A stretch of DNA of 61,578 nt, filler included, from Globobulimina sp. (taxonomy: Eukaryota): NCBI GenBank assembly GCA_003354225.1. It is 20 parts of 20 records of this genome, joined end to end, with 100 filler letters (N's around TTAATTAATTAA, not from the genome) between each part and the next. Parts side by side here need not be neighbours in the genome. Positions count along the whole stretch, not along the records: positions 12,344 to 15,328 come from PIVH01004133.1; positions 15,429 to 18,413 come from PIVH01004134.1; positions 18,514 to 21,498 come from PIVH01004135.1; positions 21,599 to 24,583 come from PIVH01004136.1; 16 more parts are not named here. One strand, given 5' to 3'. The position numbers and the translations under genes are program-made. Below, piece after piece: positions 12,344-24,683 of this stretch (position 1 is the stretch's first letter; every line of letters starts with the position of its first letter). The notes below the pieces were generated by a model. That model searched no databases. It was given only the letters and a program-made list of their open reading frames with translations, and was not told where the DNA came from.

Positions 12344-14406
12344 CCAATAAAGTTATCCCCAAATCGCTGATAATTACTATGCTCTGTTAATAATTTTATG
12401 TATTTATCCATAGTCGGTTTGTCATCTTTGTCCAATAATTTGCCACATTTCATCATTAATATACAAATTGCTTCAATGTCAATTTCCGATAATTGTTTAT
12501 TTTGAGGCGGTAATAATGTATTTAATATGTCATTAAATATCATATTGATTTTAAATAATTGTTGGTTATATAAAGAGGCGCTTAATATCATTACATTAAA
12601 AAATGAATTTGCATCAACATGCTTATTTTCTTTATATTTGATAAATAATAAACATGTCTCACGCATTATAGTTTGAATAAAAATACCCGAATTCATCACG
12701 ATGTATTTATTTGTTAATTGATGACTGTATGCATCTAAATGCTTACATAAATCTACATATTTGTGCATCATTACTTTATTTTTTATTGCAAATTCTAAAA
12801 TGTGATAAACAATGTCTCGGAGTTGCTTTAATGTGTCACAATGATGGCATATTATATCAGTGGTTTCATGTAAAACACCGCTGAATGTATCGGCTGTCAT
12901 GGTGTTCAAAATACGCAGCCATTCCTCTTTCTTAATAGTATTTAATTTACTTTTGTTATTCTCATTATCATTATATTGCAATTGATCGATATCATGATTT
13001 TCTTCTGATAAAATACATGATGATGAGTCAAGTGATGAACTGGTATTTTCATCTGGTTCGACGTCTGGCAAAATACATGAAGATGATGATTCTTCTTCAC
13101 TTTCGCTTTCGGTGTCATCATCTTGAACAAAAAGTTTTTCTTCTTGTTTTTGTTTGGGTACCAAATGTTGTTTTTCTTTTTCTTTTTCTTTTTGTTTGGG
13201 TGCCAAATGTAGATTTTCTTTTGGTTTTAAAATTTGTTTCTTTTTTTGTTTTTGTTTTTGTGTTTTCTTATTTTGAGGTTTTGCTATCAATTTCTTTTTG
13301 ATTGGTTCAGTCTGTGCGTGTGTAGAATATGGATGAGTCCACTGTTTCATTTTTAATTTTAATCCTTTAAACGGCAAATTTCGCATTTCTTTAATCACAA
13401 ATTGGAGATCATTGTTTGTTTCAAATACTATTATACATTGTGATATTATTTTTTCTTTTGGATAAACAATCTGTATGTTATAGATATTATCTTTTCGTTT
13501 TTGAGTGTTTGTTTTTGAATAAAGCCAGCTTTCAAAAGCGTTTTTATTTATTATAGCATTTAGATTTCTCATTGCTACCTTATATCCGCCATCAGGATTA
13601 TTTACTATTTTTGCAGTAACAGTACGACCAAAACATTTCATAGTTTGTTTGTTTATCTTTTTAATAAATTTCATAACAATTGATTTATTTTGCGATGAGA
13701 ACCATGCCAATCGTTCATTTGATTTTGCATAAATATCGACAATATTTTTTTTTGTATTTGTCTCAATAAAATATTTTAAAGCAGGTATAAATTCTTTCGC
13801 TGTCAATTGTGTTGATATGTTTATTAATAAATAATATTTATCTGTTTGTTGAGGCATCTTTTTTTTTGATTGGAAGCTTAATATTTTTATGGCTTTCTTT
13901 GAAAATGAGATTAAAAAATCTTGTGAAAATGTGTCATAAAATAGAACAAATATTGAACGGATATGCACACGGTTAGTGATTCCAGAGACTGTGGGTTCGT
14001 GTGATAGGAACTGTGGATACTTCTCATTATGTTTTCGGACTAACTCAGTAAATGTTATTTGTTTTTGGTCGTTATTTGCTGCCATCAATGTTTGGAGAAT
14101 GAACTGTAGTCTTTGTTTCAAAGTAGGTTGCGGAATTAGTAAAATGTGCTGTTTCTCATAAGAATGAATCAATTGACAATCGTCTCTCCGGCATATTTGT
14201 TGTCTGCAAATATCCTCCTCTTCAATCGCCAAATGAATTATTCCGTATTTAATTTTAATGAATGGCAAAACTTTTACCTGTTCTTGCGCCAATCGAATGT
14301 AGTGTTGTTCATATTTGATACGTAGTTGTTTCCAGCTGATTGATGTTGTTCGGTTAAATTTAAATATTAAATATATCTCATCTGCAAATGTGCATTTAGT
14401 GGCCAT
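12344..14406 (-). CDS. Multidomain RNA-binding protein: CCCH finger, RRM-like domains, acidic linker, C-terminal MIF4G (3'-partial)
   Basis: CRQQICRRDDCQLIH is a CCCH finger. RRM-like segments are YKVAMRNL...CIIVFET...FKGLKLKM. MIF4G pattern: ILNTMTADTF...ILEFAI...YVDLCKHL...DIEAICILMMKCGKLLD. Confidence 0.7.
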
Positions 14407-14832
14407 GGTATGTATTGATTATGATTGTGTTAATTATGAGGCGCGTGATGCTACTCATAATTGTGTATTGCTTATTGTGTGCATGTTTCAAGTAACTCCG
14501 AAGGTGATAAATAGATTTTGAGTTTTTATGCTTTGAACATGAACGCATTGCTAGTATGTTCAAATATGAATCCCAAAATAAGCTGTTTTTCACAACTGTG
14601 GTATATGATTACAAATATATTTTTATATGATTACAACTATTGAGCTAATTTTAATTTTGGTGATCGGATTTTAACTTTTGGAGTTATAGAAACGGCTTTA
14701 CTAAAAGACGATATATTCCATGCAATGACTGTACAAATAAAAATATTCACATCCAAACAACGCATACTATGCATGCAATACATACAAAAAGAAGTTATGT
14801 AATATATTATATCAAATCCAGAACTGTATTCT

Positions 14833-15120
14833 TTAATCACTTTCCTCCTCACTTTCATCCGTAGCTTGTTCACTCAATACATCCAAATAATCTTTTTCTA
14901 AGAAACCTAAATCTTCTCTAGCTTCGGCAAATTCACCTTCTTCCATTCCTTCACCAACATACCAATGAACAAATGCTCTCTGAGAATACATTAAATCATA
15001 TTTTTTGCTGATTCTTTCACTGAATAATCTTGAAATTGCCGTATTGTTTCCAATCATTACAACATTTCTTTTTGAAGGCGCAATATCATCAAATTTTAAT
15101 ACTGCGGTTGGTTGATTCTT
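14833..15120 (-). CDS. Alpha-tubulin C-terminal fragment, divergent alpha2-type, joined in frame to non-tubulin sequence
   Basis: [60 protein letters not shown] followed by an acidic tail. Confidence 0.9.
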   Translation of the reverse strand, partial: KNQPTAVLKFDDIAPSKRNVVMIGNNTAISRLFSERISKKYDLMYSQRAFVHWYVGEGMEEGEFAEAREDLGFLEKDYLDVLSEQATDESEEESD

Positions 15121-15428
15121 CCAATTTGAAGAATTTGATCGCGAATTATAAGAATTTGAAGAATAACTAGAATTATATGGATCGCTAAAATTTTCATTAA
15201 TTAATTTTTGTATAATTTTAATTTCTTTTTCTAATTCATTATCATTACATTTTTTCATTTCTTTACCAAAATATTTCAAAAATTTTGGAAATATTATTGT
15301 TTTATATTTCTGTTTATTTGGTGATTGANNNNNNNNNNNNNNNNNNNNNNNNNNNNNNNNNNNNNNNNNNNNTTAATTAATTAANNNNNNNNNNNNNNNN
15401 NNNNNNNNNNNNNNNNNNNNNNNNNNNN

Positions 15429-15747
15429 AGATATTCATAGTCCATCGGGATTGGAAGTATTAATGAATGATGGGAATTGGCATAGATACGAAGCAATATC
15501 TAACACATTTGTTGTTAATTTTGGCGATATTATGGCCAGATTTAGCAATGATATGTTTAGATCGACCGTGCATAGAGCTGTTAGTCCTAAATCTAGATCA
15601 AGACATAGCATTGCTTTCTTTCGGCATTGCAATTTTGATACACACGTTGATAATTTGAAAGAGGATGAAATTGCAAAATATAAACCTATTGTTGCTGGCC
15701 AACATATGTTGGATAGAGTGGAAAGAGCAAATAAAGCTTTGTTTTGA
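15429..15747 (+). CDS. 2OG-Fe(II) oxygenase (IPNS-like), C-terminal part
   Basis: GLEV...FVVNFGDIMARFSND.FRSTVHRAV...RHSIAFF contains the distal His and the RxS motif. Confidence 0.88.
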
Positions 15748-15876
15748 GTAAGTCCTTGTCATTCAAACTGAAAACTGTTTAATAAATATTGTATTGTATT
15801 ATATTAAAAATTCGTGGTCTAGATCTAACGTATAAATTCAAAACAAAGTTAAGCTATAAAAATATAAAAGAATGGG

Positions 15877-17022
15877 TCATGAGTCATGATCAACGGCAAT
15901 AACCTGCGCACTCTGTTTAACTGTCAAAGTCCCATCAGACTTAGAAATACTATCATGTATAGCATCCACAACTAGATTTACTAATTTTATGCCTTTGACA
16001 GGTTCATAGGTCGACACACTCACTGTGAATAATGGCGGAGCTACTAATTTTATTTTTAGATTCATATCGTCCTTCGCATTATTATTATCGTCGGATTTTA
16101 TGTCGCCACCAACGGCTAAGCCTTCTTTTAATGATCGTTTGATGGCATCCACGCCTTCATGCGTAAAACAAGTAATTTCTACCTTTGCGCGTACAGTCAC
16201 AATTTGCGGCTTTAACCGTTTTTCAATATTCTTCTGCAAAAACGGTTGTACATCCTTTGGGACATTGGGATATTTTATCAGAAACTGCTCCCAATTATTC
16301 ATCGCAAATTTAAATCCATCGTATAAATGGCCGTAATCTTTGGCACATTTAAAGCCAAACAGTTTATACAAATCCTTCATAGAATATTTCTTTTCTGATA
16401 ATACCGAGACTTGCCGCATGATAGAATGCGATGCCTTGGATTTATTCCTGTTGTACAGGTACAGTATTTGCAATATTTTATTGCAATCTCAATGGCACAG
16501 AACACACACCATCGATCTTCCACTTTTGGTATCTCCTCCGCGTCCACCCGCTTTTTACTCAAATCGATGAAATGTTTGCTGCGATTTACCCGCAATACTT
16601 GCACAATTTCTTGCCGCCCCTCTTTGATCACACGTTTTACGGAACGTATTCTTCTTCGTTGCAATTCTGACATTAATAACATCCCTAAATCGCATATTGA
16701 TTATATTTAAATGTGTGAGTCATTCAAATTATTATTATATTGTGCAAGGATGTACTGTACCTTCGAGGTTATTATATTCCAATAGATTGCAATAAGCGCC
16801 CATGTCGACAATTTTTTTCACTTCAACAATTACTAAATCACCAGTGGCTGGATAATCATTTTCGTACATTCGACATTTCAATGGGTCGCCACCGGATAAT
16901 TGTTCGTGTAAAGAATCATCAGATCCTGATTCGTATTCTGACTCTGTCACTGATTCTTCTGCGTCTTCGGCCGATTTTGCATCAGTACTGTCGGCATTTT
17001 TTTGTTGATCAGCTGAACTCAT
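15877..17022 (-). CDS. EIF2S1: Eukaryotic translation initiation factor 2 alpha; exons 17022-16761, 16684-16510, 16447-15877
   Basis: CRMYENDYP, MGAYCNLLEYNNLEG|MLLMSELQRRRIRS, IDLSKKRV, EITCFTHEGVDAIK and IKLVAPPLF. Two GT-AG introns (76 and 62 bp) restore one continuous frame. Confidence 0.96.
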
Positions 17023-17374
17023 GTTTGTGGTAAAGGTTTTTAATAATAAATAATTAGTTCTAATGTTAAGTGTCAGTATCAATATTGTGTACGTGTAAAA
17101 ACCAAGAGTCAATATGAGGAACGTTTAATGAACAACAATATACACAAAAAAACATCAAAAACATTTGTTTTCAGAAAAAAAACAAAAAACAACTACTGTA
17201 TACAGTGCGGACAACAAACACATACTCAATAAAACCAACAAAAAAAAGTTCCAAACTAATGCATATAATAAGCAAAACCAACACAAATAACGTCTTTCAC
17301 AAAATTTTGCACAAAAATAATAATACAATATATTCTAAGATGAATTGGACATTAATTTAATTATTATGTACTAA

Positions 17375-18413
17375 TTAATCTACAAATTTTAGATGTTTAT
17401 GATGAGGATTTAATGGATTAAAATTTCTTTGTTCTTCTTCAATTGGATCATCATCATCATCCATATCAGTATTATCCATTGAATTATTATTTAATTCAAT
17501 TCCTAATTTCAAAGCTTCCTTTGTTCGCTTAGCTGAAGAAAGCAACATTTTGGCTGAAGAAAGCATTTGGTTTCTAAACGATTGCGATAGGTTTTTCCTG
17601 TGATGCTTTTTCAATATTATGGGCTCAACTTGTTGATATTCCTTCGATGCTGCAAACCGCCGATACGAATCTTTTAAATTTTTAATTATTTCATCTTTTG
17701 CATGATCAAAAACAGAGAATAAGTCTAATTCTGATGGACCATCAAACAGCATTGGCATTGGAGGATTTATTTCTTTTTCCTTTGTATCATCAACGTTAAC
17801 TAAGTCTGCATTATCACTCAAACTATTCACTTTCAATAATGTGTTTTTTGCCATTTTATCATTCAATTCATTTTGTAAAGAAACAGTCATTGAATCAACA
17901 TTTGAATGAGAAGGAGGATCATTTGGATACATTGAATTAAAAAATTCATGTAACTCCGCTCTGGTTCTCGACGATACATTGATTTCGAACTGCAATGCAT
18001 TATATTCACTGTAAATATATTTATTATAAATGCCGCGAGCCGCACTTAAACTTGATTTGCTATGTTTTATTAAACGTGATATTGGTATAATATCCATTGG
18101 CAACTCCATTATGAATAAATTGGACGATTCCATTAATGAGTGCGCGAAATCTGTTTCTGACAATTCTGATAACGTTCTGCGTATACAATATTAAAGTGTT
18201 TTTAATTAATTGTTGCTCAAAAACATGTATCGTATTTCTTAACGGTTTAATGATCCCAGTTTGCAAATGTTGTTTAAATTGCATTAATTCACAAATAAAT
18301 AGCAAATTTTCCACAGCAAACTCTTTTACGAGGTGAAGCATAAATAATTCAAACGCTTGCGAATTTTTTAATATTTCAGTTAGTGGCAATATGTTTGATT
18401 GTCTATTTGGCAT
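17375..18413 (-). CDS. RGS-domain protein (5'-partial); intron ~18243-18177
   Basis: FELFMLHLVKEFAVENLLF, IYNKYI...FEINVSSRTR and VFDHAKDEIIKNLKDSYRRF form an RGS box. Confidence 0.85.
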
Positions 18414-18513
18414 NNNNNNNNNNNNNNNNNNNNNNNNNNNNNNNNNNNNNNNNNNNNTTAATTAATTAANNNNNNNNNNNNNNNNNNNNNNNNNNNNNNN
18501 NNNNNNNNNNNNN

Positions 18514-20906
18514 ATTGGGGTCAATTTGATGCCTGATTTCAATGTAAAAAATAATCGCCAGTAACTACGCATGGATTTGGCTTTGATTCTGGCAAAATGG
18601 TCATCGAACCATAATCCAAGGTATCTGGCCGAGCTTTCATATTTTATTGGAACTGAGTTTATATTATACTTACTTATCTGGATTTTTTTATTCGTTTTCT
18701 GGTCAATCTGTTCTCTGAATTTTGGATAATATTTTATAGGTTTGGCATGGTAGAGACTCATTGATAGGCATTTGGATGGATTTATGAGTAGCTGCCATTT
18801 TTCACACCAATCCCCGAAATTATTGAGCTCTTTTTGGAGAAACTTATACCGGATTGGATCTTTTGTGCCGGGGCTGGTCCAGAATGCAGTATCGTCTGCA
18901 AAACATGCAAAATGGACAAAATTTGGATATTTTAGTTGGAAATCATTTGTAAAAATTATATAGAGGATAGGGGATAAGGCAGATCCTTGTGGAACACCAA
19001 TTGGTTGAGCCACCTAATTTGACTCTGCGTTTTTAGCGATGTATGAATGATGCAAGAACTTTCAGCATATTTTCTTTGATATTAAGCCGTTATGCCATAC
19101 ACTGTCATATGCTTTGGAGAAGTCCGTAAAAACGACATCAGTATAAAAATTCCAGTATCCGGGGAATACTCCCTCCGTCAAGCATTTGTTAAATAAGGGA
19201 AGCAAACATTCAATGAGAGATTCTCCGCCGTGTTTAATCATTTGGTTATGTATTCTGTCCGGACCATATGCTTTATGCGTGTCCAGTTTCTTTATTACAG
19301 ATCTGATTTCATATTTTAATATTTGGTATTCATTATTGGGTATATTTATCGCAGTATTTATTTGTGAAGGGTTTCGGATTTCGGATTGTTTATTTTGCGT
19401 CAATTTATCCTCAACTATGCAGTGTGTAAGTCATTTGGGTCATTTATAGGATCATTTCTATGGTTATTAATGAATTCCGGAACAAATTTATTTATATATT
19501 TATGCCATTCATTATGGGCAGGACTAGTTTTTGGTTTTGGAGGTCTTGTCATGGCTTCCTGCAAAGCCTTTGCCTGTTTGTGTGGATCAATTATATTCAA
19601 ATCATTTTTAAAGTTTAATGGGGGAATGTTATTTGTGTTAATGTCATTTGATTTATTATTGGATATTGTTCGCCAGAATCTGCGTCCATAATCTTTGCAT
19701 GTTTGGATGTATTTATTTATTCTATCATTATATTTGGCTTTGGCAGTTTGTATCGCTTTGATTTTTTTCGACTGTAATGCATTTAATATGGGCTTCAATC
19801 GTTTATAACTGGGAAATATATGGAAATCAGTAGAATATCGTTTTGCTTTTTTCTTCATTCGCTGTATTCTGCGTCGAAGACTTTTGCATTTCTTCTTCAA
19901 TTTTTTTATTTTATTGTTCCACCATGGTTTGTGACCACGATAATAATGTTTATATCCAATTGATTGTTCTGCAGTATACAATATAAAATATGTAAGCTGC
20001 TCTGTATATATATTTGGGTCTGGATCAAAGACTGTGTCATTTATATTATTTTCTAGTGTTTCTGTGTATTTATTCCACTTTTTGTGGTCCGACAAGTTCC
20101 ATGTTTTTTTTGTTTCACTAAAACCAAAAACATTCTCCACTTCAAAGGTGGTAACGATGGGAACGTGGTCGGAGCAGTTTTGTTCTTACATTGAATGAAG
20201 GATAGACCAGTTTGTATGCTTCAAATTATCAGAGATTAAAGTTAGATCAATGGAGGATTTTGTTTTATACGATCTATTGATATGTGTATAGGATGGATTT
20301 GTAATATTTAAAATTTGCATTCCAAGGAAGTTCAAGGCATCAACAAATTCATTGGACTCATTTGTGGATGAATTGCTGCCCCAAATAATGTTTGGGACAT
20401 TGAAATCTCCAGCAATTACATTTTTAGCAACATTCAAGGGATAATTGAATATTTAGTCAATATTTGGATTGCGTGGACAGTTGTAAAGGGAATGTATTCC
20501 TATGTCTTGGTCGCCGCAATGAAGTATTATACTGGTTATATGGCAGTTTTTTGTGTGACTATTTCGGTTATAATTTGCTGGGCAGTTTAACGGAGTGACC
20601 ACCAATGTTTCTCTGTATAATATCGCTGTTTCTGTACCAGTATAATGGACTTTATATTTTGGGAAATATTTGATTGGGAATTCAATGGAATGTGTTTCAT
20701 TTTTGCTATCAATATATGTGGATTTTTTCGGAGTCACTGCATAACGTAAAGTTGCACTCCATATGTCTCCATTCTTGGAGCAAAAGGAAGTCAATTTGCC
20801 GAGATATTAATATTTGATTAATTCTACGGCACTTATTTTCTTGTGACATTTTTGTGGGACTTATTAGTCCGCTTACATTATATTGCAATATATTATATTT
20901 TACCAT
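18514..20906 (-). mobile_element. Decayed non-LTR retrotransposon (LINE) ORF2: AP endonuclease plus reverse transcriptase
   Basis: APE motifs: ILQYNVSG, FLLLQE, IAGDFN, SSIDLT, SDHVPI. RT motifs: KAYGPDRI, DFSKAYDSVWH, GVPQGSALSPILY, FADD, RYLGLWFD. The element is broken by frameshifts, stops and deletions. Confidence 0.93.
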
Positions 20907-21598
20907 TTACATATTTGTTTAGGGATTTCTTTATATAGACATTATTGTCGATTTTCTTCGGACTTTCAATTTTTAATTTTGGGCCACAATTTGTATGAGG
21001 TTGCAATTGAATTATTAATAAACAGGGGGCTTTTACTGCAATTTTAAAAAGAACAACAGGAGGTAAAGTAGAGTATTTTATTATTATTGTCAGACCGCAC
21101 TGAGAGAAATTCTCAATTTGCAAATCCGTAAAAATAAAATGGTCTCTTGCTTTATTATCATCAATCACAAAATAAATGGCAGGATATAATAAAGAATAAA
21201 CAAAGGAAATAACACAAATGCACCGCCGTCGGCCGCAAGTTTTTGAACGGCAATGAATTCATTTTATTATTCTGTTTGGCTGTCTTTGATAACTTATTGT
21301 TTATCATATTGACGCGAAAAGATTCCGCATTCTTAATTCTTTTATTTGAATATTTCGGTAATTTGGGTGTAACCTCTACTAGGAGCCGGTATCGATGTCA
21401 TTTTCCTTTTTATCAACGTTATCCTCCCAATCTGGTTTATAATACATGATACCTTTTTTATTAATTATATTGACTTTATACGCAGGAGCTGTGCTGTCNN
21501 NNNNNNNNNNNNNNNNNNNNNNNNNNNNNNNNNNNNNNNNNNTTAATTAATTAANNNNNNNNNNNNNNNNNNNNNNNNNNNNNNNNNNNNNNNNNNNN

Positions 21599-23084
21599 GT
21601 CATTATATATACAACATTCTTTCTCTTGAGCCAAGGCCATACTGCACCATCACCAGAACACAACACATTCTGCGTGACCGGCTCTATTATCTCACCATTT
21701 GTGGATGGGACATATGATTATGACAGCAATACACATGCAAACGATTCAATTTATTACAATCAACAATTAAATTTCTATTTATTTCCATGGATCACATCCG
21801 ATCATTCCAAACAATATTTAATTGGAAGTGATCCAACTCGCTATGCTGCACACTCATTCTCCACAATTCGAGCACCATCGCCATACACCTTCATTGCAGA
21901 AGATTTCATCAAAAATTGGCAAAGTTGGACTAACAATGCACTCATTAATGACACATCCATGCGATTGGTAAATTGCAATGCTGTTTATGTTAGATCCGCA
22001 GTATACAAATGGATAAATTATTCGGTATCCATTGAAAGTTCAATCTATCACAACAGCGCCAATGGTTTATATTTATATCGCTCAAATATCGGATCACATA
22101 ATGAAAAATGGCAAATTTACGACGGTACAACCTACGAAACACTCTCTCATATAAATATCACATCGCATATCCGTACAAACACAAGTTAATTATTTATAAA
22201 TTCTGTAGAAAATATAGCAAAAACAAAATATGTTATAAATATTTAAGGTGTTATTACGGAAATATTCAATGAAACAGCGGAGGTTCCAACAGATATAAAT
22301 ATCACAACCGATATAAATATTACAACCTATATAAATATTACGTCGTTTACCCATACAATTGATGCAAACACAAGTTTTGTGAGGCATTTCCTGTATAATT
22401 TTGTATAGAAAATATATATAACAAAAACATATAAAAAATTCAGCTGAAATATCCAATATCAATCAATACGAAGTGGTGACAACACATGACACTAAAAATG
22501 ATTTATTGATAGCAATTATTGCCACTTCGAGCGGATTACTGATTATGTTGGTTTCCATGGCGGTGATTGTCAAGAAATATTTATTTGGCCACAAAGAAAA
22601 CGATGCAACGCAAAGTGATCACGAATTGCAAACCAACAGCAAACCAGAAACGAATTCGAAATTAAGTATAAGCAACGCACAAAGCAAATGTATGCAGGAA
22701 TTACAAATCAAAATACGGTCTCCGTCATCAGCTACGGGACGCGGCACACTTACAATTGATGTAAATTCAGCTGATGCCAGGAAAAAGAAATCATTATCAG
22801 TCTATTCAGCCGATGACGAAGTGTGGCATACACATCATAGGAAGAGTAGTGCGAATTCGATGGGACGGTCGAGATCGAGTTCAAAGTATGCGGATATTTT
22901 GCCGCCTTGCAAGCCGCCACCAATTGGAATGAGACCTGTATTGACCGCCAAGCAACAAGCAATACGACCATTGCCTCCCACACCAACTGAAGATAAAGTA
23001 TTAGCGGAGGTTACGACATCGGGACTGGCAGTAACTGGGGAGACGGAGTTTGATGATGTTTTGAATTTAAGTGATTTAATTTAA
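21599..23084 (+). CDS. Single-pass type I membrane glycoprotein (5'-partial); introns 22185-22277 and 22374-22443
   Basis: Two phase-1 GT-AG introns join three exons in frame. The TM segment is LLIAIIATSSGLLIMLVSMAVIV, followed by a Ser/Pro-rich cytoplasmic tail. Confidence 0.7.
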
Positions 23085-23841
23085 ATGTGTGTGATTTAAG
23101 CGTGAATTAAATGTGTTTTATTCAGTAGCTATATTTTTTCCAATATATTTTTTTATATTTTTCTGTGTAAATTGATGTTTTAATTTGGTTTTAATTTTGT
23201 ACTTTTTTAGCGTAAAATCATAACTGCTGTGGGCTTATCCAGAGCACCTCCTAAATCATAGTGAGTGAGTGACAACACTAATTTTAAGATTTTCACGAAG
23301 TGGGTTATATAATCATCGTATCCTTAAACACGAGTAAAGGCAACGACTGACTGGTAGACAAGAAACAATCCATCCATCAATCCAAGACTCCAAGTCAACT
23401 ACACTATGAATTCTCCATTTAGTTAACTCATAAATCTGCATCTTTGTTTCGAACCTACAACGCCTGAATTGCCCACATTAAACACAAAACAGTCACCTTA
23501 TTATTCGCATTCTTCTATGCATCAACAATAAATGGTATAGCAAACATATAATTTATGCAGACGAATATTTATCTAATCCAATTTGGCAATGAATTAAATC
23601 AAAATGAAAGCGAGTGTTGAGGCATATTTACAGAAATACATATTACATTCAATTTGGTACCGCATCTAAATCACTGCACATTTTAATATATTGTTATACA
23701 TTATCCATATTCAAAGATACTGCGCCATGCAGTTGGTTGTGCATCGAAAATAAAACAGTGTCTGCTTCATTTCCATCCATTGCCAAATTGGATTATTCGT
23801 CTGTTTTTTTTTGTAGCATATATTCAAAATGAAACAAAACA

Positions 23842-24320
23842 ATGACAGCACAGTGTCCTGCTTTGTATACCGGCACCGTCGTTGGCTGCCAGGCCGAATC
23901 AGGCGGTGGAACATGTTGTGACTGCTCACCGCAAGGACCAGATCCCACACTATGTCAAGGCGAGTCATGTGTAGAAACGGCGTGTCCTCCTACAACATCA
24001 CCAACATCAGAACCAACAACTAATCCAACAATTAATCCAACATTAAATCCGACAAACAGTTAATTGAACGATTTTATATTTTGTAAATTAACTAAATTTG
24101 ATCGCAATGAATTGAATGAAAAACAGGTCCAACCACAGCTTCGCCGACAACTGCATCACCGACAACGAGCAGTTAATTGAATATAAATTCCAAATACAAA
24201 AAACAAAATATTTAAAATAAACACAGGTCCAACAGCGCCTACAGCGGCAAATGGATCTCAATCACAGAGAAATTTTGGAATTGCAATTGGAATTGGAATT
24301 GTTTGGCTCATTTCTTTTTA
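23842..24320 (+). CDS. Small Cys-rich, PT-repeat surface protein with hydrophobic C-terminus (possibly GPI-anchored), multi-exon
   Basis: A Cys cluster is followed by PTT/PT repeats split by short introns (gttaattga...acag). It ends FGIAIGIGIVWLISF*. The 5' end is undefined. Confidence 0.55.
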
Positions 24321-24683
24321 AAAAACTTTACAAAATACTCATTATATATTTGTGTAATTGTGTTTTTTTTGTTTTTACCATTGTATTTTATTTTTGATAT
24401 TGGCTGATGTTAATTTTGTTGTTTTTGTTGTTGCATTTATTCTATATATCATATGTCGTGATATGTTTTTTAATTTAGAAACGTTGGCACCGATATTGAC
24501 ATTTTGATAGACGGAAAAATAAAATACGATGGAATTCCAAACTATTTCGACAAAGTATTTTTATTACCGAATCATTTAAATGANNNNNNNNNNNNNNNNN
24601 NNNNNNNNNNNNNNNNNNNNNNNNNNNTTAATTAATTAANNNNNNNNNNNNNNNNNNNNNNNNNNNNNNNNNNNNNNNNNNNN

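Noticed and set aside
9597-17022. Alternative genetic code explaining fragmented ORFs
   Set aside because: The breaks in conserved genes (NAT9, eIF2-alpha, also USO1 and WDR6) are resolved by canonical GT-AG introns, and TAA, TAG and TGA all occur as normal ends.
12344-18413. Apparent translation-control cluster (MIF4G protein near eIF2-alpha)
   Set aside because: The genes are on different contigs, adjacent only because of length sorting.
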